Of a stretch of DNA of 64,000 nucleotides, positions 41,299 to 52,094 are shown one piece after another (the stretch's first letter is position 1; every line of letters begins with the position of its first letter). Source of the DNA: an uncultured Candidatus Entotheonella sp. GTDB taxonomy: Bacteria > Tectomicrobia > Entotheonellia > Entotheonellales > Entotheonellaceae. The notes beneath the pieces were generated by a model. It worked only from the letters and a program-made list of their open reading frames with translations, was not told the origin of the DNA and searched no databases. Position numbers and translations under genes: made by a program. Location: positions 672,001 through 736,000 of the forward strand of contig CBDCDA010000002.1 in the NCBI GenBank assembly GCA_965215335.1, read 5' to 3'.

Positions 41299-42999
41299 AT
41301 GTACGACCTCGTCATACGAAATGCGCGAATCGCCGACGGGCTCGGCAATCCCTTGCAGGAGGGTGACCTTGCCGTCAGCGGCGGCCGCGTGGCGGCGATT
41401 GGGGAGGTGCGGCAGCCGGCGGCTGAAACCGTGGATGCCCGGGGCATGGTGCTGGCGCCCGGCGTGATCGACCTGCACACCCATTACGACGCGCAGTTGA
41501 CCTGGGACCCCACCGCCTCGCCGTCGCCCGCACTTGGCGTCACCACCGTGGTAATCGGCAACTGCGGCTTCGGCATTGTGCCCGCGCCGCCCGCCGCGCG
41601 CGACGCCATTCTCGCCAATCTCGCCGAGGTCGAAGGCATGTCGCTCGACACCCTGAAGGCCGGGGTACGCTGGGGCTTCGAGAGCTTTGGCGAGTACCTT
41701 GACCTGCTGCGCCGCCAGGGCGTCTACCCGAACGTCGCGGCACTGGCCTCGCACGCCACCCTGCGCACCGTCGTCATGGACGAGGACAGCTCCCACCGCC
41801 CGGCGCGCGACGACGAGATCGAAGCCATGGTGGGGCTGTTCCGCGACGCCATGGACGCCGGCGCCGTCGGGATCGGCTCCTCGACCAACGAAAATCACCG
41901 CGGCCACGGCGGCGCGCCGATCGCCTCGCGGCTCGCCGAACTGGCGGAATTCGGCGCCTTCGCTGACACCATGGCGGATTACGACCACGGCGTCTTCCTG
42001 ATTACCCCGGGCAATCACATGGGCATGGACTTCATGGAGGCGTTCGCCCGCCGCAGCGGCCGCCCGGCGGTGTACGCGGCGCATTTCCACTACGCCCACG
42101 AACCCGAGCGCGGGCGCAACCTCATGCAGCAGGCGCAGGCCGCCCGCCAACGCGGCCACCGCGTCTACACACAAGGCTCGTGCCAGCCCCTCAGCCTCAG
42201 CTTTCCGCTCGATGCCGCCTACATCCTCAAGGCCATTGATCCCTGGCCCACCACCTCGGACCGCACGGCGTTGCGGCGCACCTTCTCCGATCCCTCGTTC
42301 CGCCAGGCATTTCGCGACGCCCTCGCCACTCCGGTCGGCGGGCGGGTGTTCAACGGCCGTTGGGACTGGGTCCTGGTAACCCGAGCCGGCCGACCGGAGA
42401 ACGCCGAGCTTGAAAACCGGACCGTCGCCGACCTCGCCCGGGACCGGGGCGTCGACCCGCTCGATCTGTTCCTGGACCTCGGCCTGCAAGAGGACTTCGA
42501 GACGTTCTACACCGTTTACATCTTGAACATGGATGAAGCGGGCGTGGAGGAATTGATCACCAACGACGGCACCCTGGTCAGCCTGTCCGACGCCGGGGCG
42601 CACAGCGCGCTGTTGTGCGACGCGGCCTATGCCATGCACTTGCTGAGTCATTGGGTGCGCGATAGGGGCGTGTTCGATCTGCCGACAGCCATTCGCAAGG
42701 TCACCAGTGATCCTGCCGAGGTGTACGGCATCATCGACCGGGGCCGGCTCGTCCCCGGCACCTTTGCCGACATGATTCTGTTCGATCCCGACACGCTGCG
42801 CATTACCGGCACGGAACGTCATCACGATCTGCCCGCCGGCGGCGAACGTCTGCTGCGCCGCGCGCCGGGGCTGTGCGGCACGTGGGTCAACGGCGTGCAG
42901 GTGTTCGACGGCGTGGATTATCTGACGCCGCCGCGGGCGCCCGGCGAGGTGCTGGCGAAGTTCGCGTCCAGCAAGCCGTCGCTCGGCATGTCAGCCTGA
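41299..42999 (+). CDS. N-acyl-D-amino-acid deacylase family amidohydrolase
   Basis: PGVIDLHTHYD, VVIGNCG, SDAGAH, DRGRLVPG. Confidence 0.92.
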   Translation: MYDLVIRNARIADGLGNPLQEGDLAVSGGRVAAIGEVRQPAAETVDARGMVLAPGVIDLHTHYDAQLTWDPTASPSPALGVTTVVIGNCGFGIVPAPPAARDAILANLAEVEGMSLDTLKAGVRWGFESFGEYLDLLRRQGVYPNVAALASHATLRTVVMDEDSSHRPARDDEIEAMVGLFRDAMDAGAVGIGSSTNENHRGHGGAPIASRLAELAEFGAFADTMADYDHGVFLITPGNHMGMDFMEAFARRSGRPAVYAAHFHYAHEPERGRNLMQQAQAARQRGHRVYTQGSCQPLSLSFPLDAAYILKAIDPWPTTSDRTALRRTFSDPSFRQAFRDALATPVGGRVFNGRWDWVLVTRAGRPENAELENRTVADLARDRGVDPLDLFLDLGLQEDFETFYTVYILNMDEAGVEELITNDGTLVSLSDAGAHSALLCDAAYAMHLLSHWVRDRGVFDLPTAIRKVTSDPAEVYGIIDRGRLVPGTFADMILFDPDTLRITGTERHHDLPAGGERLLRRAPGLCGTWVNGVQVFDGVDYLTPPRAPGEVLAKFASSKPSLGMSA

Positions 43000-44331
43000 A
43001 AATTCGAGGGGCTGGTTCAGCAGATGGGCCTTGATCTCGCCGAGCAGAAGCACCGAGCCGGTGACGCAGATGGCGTCTGTGGGCCGCGCTGCGGCGTGAG
43101 CCATGGCTAATGCATGCTCGGGTGTCTCGGCGAGTCGGACCGCTACGCCGTGGCGCCGTACCTCGTCGGCCAGACGCTGCGGCTTGCAGGCGCGCGGGCT
43201 GCGGAAAGCGGTGACAATCGCCTCGTGCGCCAGAGGCGCGAGGGTGGCCACGAAATCCTCCACCTTCTTGTCCGTGGCCATGCCGAGCACCAGGAACAGG
43301 CGCTCGGCGTCAAACAGCTCACTTAGCATGTTGGCGAGGCAGCGAGCCGATTCCACCGTGTGTGCGGCGTCGAGCACCACCCACGGCTGACGACCGATGA
43401 TTTCAGCCCTCCCTTCCCATTGCGCCGCGGCGAGCCCGTGACGAATGTGGTTGTCGCTGATGGCCCAGCCCCGCTGTCGCAGTTGCAGGCAGACGGCCAC
43501 CGCTACGGTGGCATTGGCCGCCTGATGACGCCCGACGAGTGCCACGGTGATGCCCTCGATTTCGTGACCAAATCCCTGGAAGCGCATGTGCGTGCCGGCG
43601 GTGGAAGCGTCGATAACCTGCCAGTCAAAATCCCGTCCCGCCATCGACAGCGTGGCCCCCTGTTCCTGAGCCCGTTGCTTGAAGACCGCCACCACCTCTG
43701 GCTCTTGTGGTGCGCTCACCACACAGGCTTGCGGCTTGATGATGCCGGCTTTCTCGGCGGCGATGGCCGCAAGCGTGTCGCCGAGAATGTGGGTATGCTC
43801 CAGACCGACCGGCGTCAGGACGGCAACCTGCGGGGTGAGAACGTTCGTGGTGTCGAGGCGGCCGCCGAGTCCCACTTCCACCACCGCGATGTCGACCCGC
43901 TGACGGGCGAAATATAAGAAGCTCAACGCTGTGGTCAACTCGAAGAAGGTGCGGAAGTGCCTCGGCTGGCCGCGCCACGTCGGCCGCAGGTGGCTCCGCA
44001 GTTCGGACACAAGGGCGGCAAACGCCCGTTCGCTGATGAGTTGGCGGTCGATCCGGGTTCGCTCGCGCAGGGTGACCAGATGCGGATTGGTGAACAGCCC
44101 GGTGCGCAAGCCGGCTCGGGAGAGAATGGCCGCGGTCATGGCGGCGGTGGACCCCTTGCCCTTGGAGCCCGCGATCAGTACCGAAGGGAACGCTTGGTGT
44201 GGGTCGCCAAGCTCATGCAGGAAGGCGGCGAAGGTTTCCAGGTTGAAATGCTCGGGGACGTAGGGAACCCGCTGCCCGGATTCGTAATTGATGAACTGCG
44301 CCAGGTAGGCCAATGCCTGCTCGTAGGTCAA
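42991..44331 (-). CDS. folC: Folylpolyglutamate synthase / dihydrofolate synthase
   Basis: IAGSKGKGST, VVEVGLGGRLDTTN, EKAGIIK, LDAAH. Confidence 0.95.
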   Translation of the reverse strand: MTYEQALAYLAQFINYESGQRVPYVPEHFNLETFAAFLHELGDPHQAFPSVLIAGSKGKGSTAAMTAAILSRAGLRTGLFTNPHLVTLRERTRIDRQLISERAFAALVSELRSHLRPTWRGQPRHFRTFFELTTALSFLYFARQRVDIAVVEVGLGGRLDTTNVLTPQVAVLTPVGLEHTHILGDTLAAIAAEKAGIIKPQACVVSAPQEPEVVAVFKQRAQEQGATLSMAGRDFDWQVIDASTAGTHMRFQGFGHEIEGITVALVGRHQAANATVAVAVCLQLRQRGWAISDNHIRHGLAAAQWEGRAEIIGRQPWVVLDAAHTVESARCLANMLSELFDAERLFLVLGMATDKKVEDFVATLAPLAHEAIVTAFRSPRACKPQRLADEVRRHGVAVRLAETPEHALAMAHAAARPTDAICVTGSVLLLGEIKAHLLNQPLEFSG

Positions 44332-45872
44332 CGCCGTGCTTCCTCGGCCAGCAGCGCCGCTGCCTCGCGCAACCGGGCGTGCACGAAGTCGGGCTCCAGA
44401 GAGCGCAGGAACCAGCCCGCCCGCGGGCCGCGGCTGCGGTCCAGAAAGGCGACGTAGACCGCCTCGAAGACGTCCTTGGCGGCCAGCCCCGCCTCCTCGG
44501 CGAGGGCGTAGACCAGGGCGTGGATGGCGTCACCATCCATCTCTGGCTGCAGCCGACGGTCCAGAAGTCCCAGGGCCTGACGCTGTGATGGGGTCAAGTC
44601 GGCGGCGTGTTCGGGCAAGGTCGGTTGCAGGCGCAAACGGCTGTCCGGCGGGCTGAAACGGGCCACCCAGAAGGTTGCGAACGCCACCCGTTTCTGCAGG
44701 GTTGCCGCGTCGGGCACCGGCAGGTTGTGGCGCTGCAGGATGGTCTGGATTTTGGTCACGTCGCCGTCGGTGATCTGTACCAGGTTGACCAGGTGCCGGA
44801 AAGGCACGCCCACGGCGTCCATCTCGGTGATTCTGGCCAGGTCGGCGGCGCGGGCGTCGCGGTTGTTGTCGGAGAGATCGTCGTACTCGTCCATCAGGTT
44901 GAGCAGCGGCAGGCCGGGGTCGAAGGCAATGCGCCGCATCGGCCTGACGCGAAAGATCAGGTAGCGCACCACGTCGGGCGGAATGGCCTGCGTGAGGTTG
45001 ACGATGCTGACGAGATTGCCCTTGCTGGACGACATGTCCCCCTGGCCCTTCAGGCCGATCCATTCGTATGGAATCGGGTGCGGCGGCTCGCCGTTGAACA
45101 CCTCGCGCATGATGCGCCTGCCGGTGTCGTACGAACCGCCGCGCGAGGCGTGGTCCTTGCCGAACGGTTCTGCGGTGACCCCCAATGCCTGCCAGCGCGC
45201 CGGCCAGTCCACCCGCCAGGTGAGCTTGCCCGCCTGGGACACTGGCGCCGTGGTGTCGTGACCGCAGTCACAGGCGTACGACACGGTTCGGGCAGCGGCG
45301 TCGAACCCCGTCACCCGCGTGCCCGCCAGGCGGCCGCACGCCTCACACAAGGGGTTGTAGGGCGACCAGTCGTCCGCCATCGCCTTGCCGGTCACGTCGT
45401 GCAGAATAGCCTTGATCGTCTCGGTGTTTTCCAGGGCCGTCATGATCTGGTCGTCGAGATGGCCGCCGCGGTACAGTTCGTGCGCTTGATACACTTCCAG
45501 TTCGACTCCCAGCGTCTGCATGGCCTGCAGGAAAGGTTGCAGGAAATGCTCGGCGTAACTGGCGTGCCCGTCGCACGGACACGGGATATCGCATAGCGGC
45601 CTGCCCACGTGCGGCTGGTAGCGCTCCGGGTCCAGAAAGTCATAAACCCGTCGCAGCGGGTCCATGGTGTCGGCCACGTAGTTCAACCGGCAATCTGCCC
45701 CCTGCTCCCGCAAGGCGCAGCGCACCCCTTCCGCGGTCAGCACCTCCCGCAAGTGCCCGACGTGATACTCCCCCGACGGCGTAATCCCCGTACTCAGCAA
45801 ATGCCGTGGCCGGCTTGCCAAAAGCTCGTGGGCCACCTGATCGGCCCAGTGCCGTGAGACAACTTCGTTCAT
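44328..45872 (-). CDS. lysS: Class I lysyl-tRNA synthetase
   Basis: HWAD, GITPSGEYHVGH, WRVDWPARW, EPFGKDH, MSSSKGN. Confidence 0.95.
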   Translation of the reverse strand: MNEVVSRHWADQVAHELLASRPRHLLSTGITPSGEYHVGHLREVLTAEGVRCALREQGADCRLNYVADTMDPLRRVYDFLDPERYQPHVGRPLCDIPCPCDGHASYAEHFLQPFLQAMQTLGVELEVYQAHELYRGGHLDDQIMTALENTETIKAILHDVTGKAMADDWSPYNPLCEACGRLAGTRVTGFDAAARTVSYACDCGHDTTAPVSQAGKLTWRVDWPARWQALGVTAEPFGKDHASRGGSYDTGRRIMREVFNGEPPHPIPYEWIGLKGQGDMSSSKGNLVSIVNLTQAIPPDVVRYLIFRVRPMRRIAFDPGLPLLNLMDEYDDLSDNNRDARAADLARITEMDAVGVPFRHLVNLVQITDGDVTKIQTILQRHNLPVPDAATLQKRVAFATFWVARFSPPDSRLRLQPTLPEHAADLTPSQRQALGLLDRRLQPEMDGDAIHALVYALAEEAGLAAKDVFEAVYVAFLDRSRGPRAGWFLRSLEPDFVHARLREAAALLAEEARR

Positions 45873-45900
45873 CAAGCGAATCCTTCGGATACCTGATTCT

Positions 45901-46198
45901 CTAGCCGGTCGCGGTACGCCCGGTGATGGCCTCGCGCAGTCCTTCCAGCAGTCCTTCGAGCCGCGCCTGGCCGTGCTCCAGCCGCGCCACACGCTCGCCC
46001 AGCCGGCGTCATGTCTTCCCGCAGGTGGCCCATTTCCTGCCGCAACCGTGCCGCCATCTGGGTCATCTCCTGTTGTAGCCGCGACTCTACCTGCGTCATC
46101 TCCTGCCGCAGTCCGCGGCTGCTCGTCAGGATCAGCCCACCCAAGGCAATGCCTACCGCTATCATTGGAATCAGGATATTGGCGGATTCACCCATCAT
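45901..46198 (-). pseudogene. Third, inverted copy of the small coiled-coil gene, +1 frameshift near 46005
   Basis: MMGESANILIPMIAVG...; 3' end identical to 25150-25249. Confidence 0.8.
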
Positions 46199-46212
46199 TG
46201 CCTCCAACAAAA

Positions 46213-48331
46213 TCAATTGCGACGTAGGGGGGCAAACAGGTGACTCGAAACTGCAACTGGCCTGCCGACCTTGAGACGGGTAAGCGCTGTTGTGATTTCG
46301 TCATCTTTCAACCATGATGCCAACCATTCCCGTTCCTGAAACTCCATCGGGAGGCGTTGCTGAAAGATCGTCTGCTTATCCGATGGGGCGAAAGTTTTTC
46401 GTGCTGTGTCCATAAGGTCCGACGCCACCACAGGCACCCTGTTCCAATCAACAGGTCCCCTGGTTTCAATCGAAAGGTCATCTGCCGAGTCCCTTTCAAG
46501 CCCAAGCCACGACAGAATGACGCGATTCACAGACAAGCCGGCAAAGGTGAAATAACGGCGGCCGGTTGTGGTGTCCGTATACGGAATCGTGTCAACTCCT
46601 GACGCCTCCCTGATTTTCGACACGAACCGCCCGACCGGCACCCAGTTCTCAGGCGTCATGAAACTGGTTTCCGCACTGGTCTCGAAAAGCCAGTGCCAGA
46701 GCGCATTGGCGACGAAAACATCCAGCCCTGCAGGTCCGCTATTGGAAAACACCAAGTGAACATCCGCTTTCTGTCCGCTAGCTGGTTTGACTCTGAATTG
46801 CCGAGCTACCACGCCAGTTGCCTTGTAACACTTACCGGCAAATCGGAACGTGGTTCCGTTGTTCAACCGCGGCAGATTGACGCGAGGAATCGAACCCAGA
46901 TGCCGACCATCGCAGACCAGATCGATCGTCTGGCTGCCAAGTGGAAAGTTGCCCCAGATGAGATTCTGGTCTCTGAGTTTCCACAACGCCTCTGTCGCTC
47001 CGTAGCGGTTCTTGAATCCGTGTCGCTGGACGAGGCCGTGTGCTTCCAGTTCGCCCAAAATCCTTTCGATGGATATCTCGGGTCAGGTCGGAGCGGTAAC
47101 CGACTTCGTCGCAGATGTCGGCGATACGCGTGAAGGCTCCTTCCTGACGCAGAATAACCGAAAGTGTATGCTGGCCGATTGCTCCGAACAAGTCGAATGG
47201 TCGCTGCGCCGGCATGCTGCCACTGGCCGCCAAAGCCAGCAGCGCCGAAAAGACCGCAGATTCGCGAAATGACCCGGGGCCGTCCCGTGAGAGGCAGATT
47301 ACATTCGTTTTCCGGGTTCTGCGGTTTCCTCGACCGATACGCTGTAGCAATGATTCCACCGATGGCGGTGGCCCATATAAGATGACCGCATCGATGTCGC
47401 CGATATCGATCCCCATTTCAAGGGTGCTGGTGGAGACACAGACCGCCCGGACGGTGGTAGCGAACCAGTTTTCTATGTCCTGCCTCACTTCGCCGGACAA
47501 AGAGGAATGATGGGGAGCGACAGTTCCCCCCAGTCCAGGGCGCGACTTGAATGCGGCGGTCAACGCCTCCACTTCGTTCCTGGAGTTTGCAAAGACCAAA
47601 AGCTTCCGTCGTTGCGACTTCATCAATCGCTCCAACAGCAGCGCGGCCTCTTTAACGGAATGGCATATCCGAGTGTCGCCGTCGATGCGTCTGGCGGCAG
47701 GAAACCTGAGCATGTCCGCATCGACATCCGACCCGAAAAGAAATGTTCGAATGTCTTCCGAGCGACTGACAGTCGCGGACAGGGCGGCGACTTGGATTGG
47801 GTTTTTAATCATCCTCCGCAGTCTGTGAAACAGGATTGCCGCCATCTGTCCTCGTTGGCTGTTGTAGAGCAAATGGACCTCGTCGAATACAACGGTGGCA
47901 ACATGATTCAGGCAGACATGCTTCTGGAAGATCAGAATTCCGAGAGATTCGGGCGTCGTTACGACAACATGAGCACCACGAGAGCCGGTCAACTCGTTGC
48001 GGTCGCCGTGCCGGATGGCCAAGTTCAATCCCAGGCGGTCCAATGGTGGCCGCAAGCGTCGCGCCACATCATTGATCAACGCCTTGGTCGGGCAGACGTA
48101 TATCAGAACGGTGGCATCGTCCCGCAGGGCTTTGTCGCGAAATCGACTTATCAGAGGCGCAACGACGGCCTCTGTCTTACCGGAGCCAGTGCCCGCGGAA
48201 ATGACGGCATTTCGGCCGCCGCATAGGGAACGAATGGCCGCTTCCTGAACGGGTCTCAATGCGGAGAAGTTCCCAAAAAAAGCTTGGCCAACCTGCTGCG
48301 AAAAAGGCTCTGCAACTGAGGACATCATCAC
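46213..48331 (-). pseudogene. Lhr/BrxHI-like DEAH helicase with a single frameshift near 47073
   Basis: AGTGSGKTEA, PTKALIND, TTPESL, DEVH, SAT, TSTLEMGIDIG, QRIGRGNR; C-terminus continues in ORF 46213..47058. Confidence 0.85.
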
Positions 48332-49551
48332 TCCAAGGCGTCATCCAGCACCCGCACGACTCGTCTGATTGCCTGCCGTGCTCGATCCTGTACGGCGTTA
48401 CGAGCCTCCACCACAACGGCTTGATTCATTGCCTCAATTACGCTTGCCGAACATTGATAGTCGTATGCAACTTCATGCACCAGGACGATGCGTGCGGCCA
48501 GTCTGAGCAGGTCTCGCGCCTCCAGTGGAGTCATGGAAAAAGTGGGCAGTTCATCAAACTGACTGTAGTCGAAATCCCAATGATCCTTCTCCATAAGACG
48601 CGCCTTGCACTTCTCGGTGAAGGCTGGTGTGACTGCGAAAAAGGTCTTGCCGGCAAAGCGGTCACCCGACATGAATCGGAACAGATTCCAGAAGGCGTCC
48701 TCTTCGTAATTGATGTTGTTCAGATTGGTGAGAATGTCCTCGAATTCGTCAAAAAAGACAGCCAACCCGGCCATGCCAGAAGCGACCAGCATCCGATGAA
48801 TGTCTTTGAGCGCGTTCCAGCAGTTGCGGTAGGAACTGGGATGGAAGACCAATGACTCTTCCTTGTAGAACTTCTGGTGCGAACGGGGGTCGCGAAAATG
48901 CCGCCGTAGCCCTTTTACCAATGTCAGGTAGATGTCCTTCCTTTTGTTCTTGTAAACCTCTGGAAAGGTAAGCCAGTCCATGACCATCTGTCTGACTTCT
49001 GGCCTATCGCTGGATGCCCAGGCCCGAAAAGCGACAAAGAGGGGCGGTGAGGTAAGTTTCTCGGCATAATCCCATCGCCAGTTGTTCGTAACCTTGGCCC
49101 AGAATTCGTATCCGGGAGCGTTGCGGTCGGTTCGCGCCTTTTCTGATGCCTCAGCAAGGAAATCTAGTGTTTGCTCAAGATTCCCCTGAGTGCCGTCCGG
49201 CAGGGGAATCTGAATATTCCGCAGAATAGCGCCGAGCATCTGGTCCATCCGATTGAAGCGGACGCCCGACTTGGCATCCAGAACGGCAAGGCTTACCCCG
49301 AACCGCTTCTGGAGAGCTTTTTCCCGGATCAATTCAAGTAGGTGGGTCTTGCCGGCGCCATAGTTCGCCTTGAGCAGAAGGGAGTATGACTCGCCGTTGA
49401 TCAGGTGGTCATCCAGCCGCCTGATTTCTTCTTTTCTTCCGACCGTGAATGTCTCCACGAACCCTGCCGGCGGGATTCCCATACGAAGCTTTTCAAGCAG
49501 CTTTTCTGCCTGCTTAGGTTTCAACGATACGAACGTCTCAACTTTTTTCAC
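48328..49551 (-). CDS. BrxD/DUF2791-like P-loop ATPase
   Basis: LEKLRMGIPP...VGR, Walker A NYGAGKTHLL, Walker B GLAVFFDEFE. Confidence 0.82.
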   Translation of the reverse strand: MKKVETFVSLKPKQAEKLLEKLRMGIPPAGFVETFTVGRKEEIRRLDDHLINGESYSLLLKANYGAGKTHLLELIREKALQKRFGVSLAVLDAKSGVRFNRMDQMLGAILRNIQIPLPDGTQGNLEQTLDFLAEASEKARTDRNAPGYEFWAKVTNNWRWDYAEKLTSPPLFVAFRAWASSDRPEVRQMVMDWLTFPEVYKNKRKDIYLTLVKGLRRHFRDPRSHQKFYKEESLVFHPSSYRNCWNALKDIHRMLVASGMAGLAVFFDEFEDILTNLNNINYEEDAFWNLFRFMSGDRFAGKTFFAVTPAFTEKCKARLMEKDHWDFDYSQFDELPTFSMTPLEARDLLRLAARIVLVHEVAYDYQCSASVIEAMNQAVVVEARNAVQDRARQAIRRVVRVLDDALE

Positions 49552-50507
49552 GCAGGTCGTCCATCACGTCGTTGTATACTTCTGACGGCGCACGCTCCAC
49601 ACCTTCCATGGCGTCGTCCAATTTCTGTACGGTTGTTGTGGTCAATACCCGCCAGAATCGCACTTGAGAAAGACTTGGGTGGGTTTTGTCCAGTTCGGTG
49701 ACGAATTCGTTCAAGGTCGTCAAGTCCGGCAGAGAACCCCCGGTCTCCGGGTAGGCAGTCAGGTAAATCTCGCGGATCTTTGCCGCCACCTCCTGGTATT
49801 GGTCCAGGGAAAAATCAATGGCGTCAAGGTTCCAGACATTTTCCAATGCCTTGGGAGACCGGTCGGTCAGGTCGCCGATACGCCCCTTTAACGCGCCGTA
49901 AATCACGATCCCATGTTTCGGATCGTTATAAAAATCAGGGGTGGTTGCACAGAGCAAGAAAAGGCCGGACAGGTCGGACACGTTGTTAATCAAGTGAAGT
50001 AGGGTGTTATGCGCGTCCCTGAGAGCGCTCTTCCGCATGATCGAGTAGGACATCTCTGCTTCGTCAAAAAGGATCACCAATCCATTGTAGCCCATAAGCT
50101 GAATACAGGCCGACAATGACTGGAGCATTAGCTTTGCATTGTCCTTGCTGACCAGTTTGTTGATCCCGAAATTCTTGCGCCATTGGCCGACCGTGCCTTC
50201 CCCGCTGAACCATTGAAGGATTTCGTCTCGCCTCTGTTCCAAGATCGCCGGATCGGGCGCTTCCGGAAGAAAAGTCTCCCAATACTGTTTGACGATTTTT
50301 CGGAAATCGATGTCGATGGCGTTACAGGCCATCAGCTTCTCCGTTGCGACTGAGACATTTTCGTGTGTCACCTCCTGCGGTTGGCCGTGTTTACCGCTGG
50401 ATAGGAATACCAGGGCTTCCCGCAATACGACGCCAAACGGTGCCGCCGACGCCTGTGCTTCGCTCGCAAAGTAGTTGGGCGTCGCTATATTCCGAACGAT
50501 CGAGAAA
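49538..50507 (-). pseudogene. Second BrxD/DUF2791-like ATPase, N-terminus removed at the IS junction
   Basis: ILQWFSGE, GYNGLVILFDEAE, ATTPDFYNDPKHGIVIYGALKGRI; no Walker A remains. Confidence 0.75.
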
Positions 50508-51826
50508 CAATACTTCGGACAGTTTTGAGAGCAAGGTAGTCGCACGGGTTCTCCAATTCCATAGTTGTGTTAGCCCACGCAACCAAAGAATGGAGGTGTC
50601 CCGTGCGACTGCTTCAAAGTGTACTGCCGACCTTGGCCCAAACCAAGAAACCGCAACGCAAATTCATCGCCCATCTATTGGGGCTTCTACCGATGCTTCC
50701 CGGCCATGCCACGTTTCGTAATCTCAGCCGCTACAGTTCGTATCATGAGCGCACCTTCGCGCGCTGGTACGACCGCCCCTTCGACTTCGTCTCACTCAAC
50801 AAGGCGGCGATTACCCAGGTCATCGCGCCCGAGCATCAACAGGCTCTGGTCATTGATGCCAGCTTCATCCCCAAAAGTGGCAATCACACCTATGGTCTTG
50901 AGCACTTCTGGAATAGCCGACAGCGGCGCAGTGAAAAAGGTCTGGAAGTCTCTGCGGTGGCCTGGCTCGACATCACTGACAACTGCGCCTATGGCCTCAG
51001 TGTCGAGCAGACACCACCGAGCGACAAGACCTCTGAGGTGCAAGGCACTCGCATCGATGACTGGCTGGCGCAATTGAGAGGCGTGGTCTGCGACCACCAA
51101 CTCCATCATCTACGCCATGTGATAACGGATGGCTATTACAGCAAACGTAAATTCCTTGACGGACTTCACGCCCTGGGGCTGCATCAGATTGGCAAGCTGC
51201 GCCGTGACGCCAATCTGCGCTATCTCTACCAAGGACCGGGACGCCCAGGACCCGGGCGACCCAAGACTTATGACGGCAAGGTCCATTGGGACGACCTGGC
51301 ACGCTTTGAGCGTGTAGCGAGCCAAGACGACGCCGTCGTGCTCTATCACCAAGTCCTCAACCACGTGCATCTTCGGCGCAATCTGCGTGTGGTGCTCGTG
51401 GTCGATACCCGCACTCACCGGCGGGCGGTGCTGTTCAGCACGGATACCGATGTGGATGTGCACAGCCTCTATCGCGCCTGCAAAGCGCGCTTCCAGATCG
51501 AATTTCTCTTTCGGGACGCCAAGCAGTTTACGTCTCTGAGTGCCTGTCAAGCGCGTTCCCAAGCCAAGCTGCATGTTCACTTCAATGCGAGCACGAGTGC
51601 TATGAGTTTGGGCAAACTGGAAGCTCGGCAGCAAAGCGGCGTTAGCCAGGCAGGATTTTCCATGGCGAGTGTCAAACGTCGCGCCTTCAACCAACATCTA
51701 CTTGAGCGAATTTCTCGGTATTTAGCCCAGGGGCATAGCCTGGAAAAATCCAGCCCCGAATACCAAGACCTTTGCAACTATGGCACGATCGCGGACAGGG
51801 CGGCCTAAATTCTGTCCGACCTATTG
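50508..51826 (+). mobile_element. IS4/IS701-like DDE IS, copy 2; transposase 50567..51808
   Basis: Near-identical to 11984..13302 in the opposite orientation; flanks gagaaa / cagcat are not duplicated. Confidence 0.93.
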
Positions 51827-52094
51827 CAGCATTCGTCCACTGGCTCAATCCCGGATGCCATGACCCCGACGCTGCAGCCGATTGCTTGGGGCCTGTCCCA
51901 TACCTGCTCAAAGCAAATTCGTTAATTGGTATCCGTGACGGAAAAAGTAATTGACATCCGCGACGTGAGCAATGTAGATGCTACCGATCGAGTCGAGGAG
52001 ATGCGCGATTTTATCCGAGGATGGGATCATGGAGAGAAGGAATGCTCACGCATAAGACGTGTTTAAGATCAAGAATTACAAGGGAGGGAAGTTC

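Noticed and set aside
11984..51826. Inversion or composite transposon between the two identical DDE IS copies
   Set aside because: Copy 1 keeps its own target duplication and both halves of the interrupted gene
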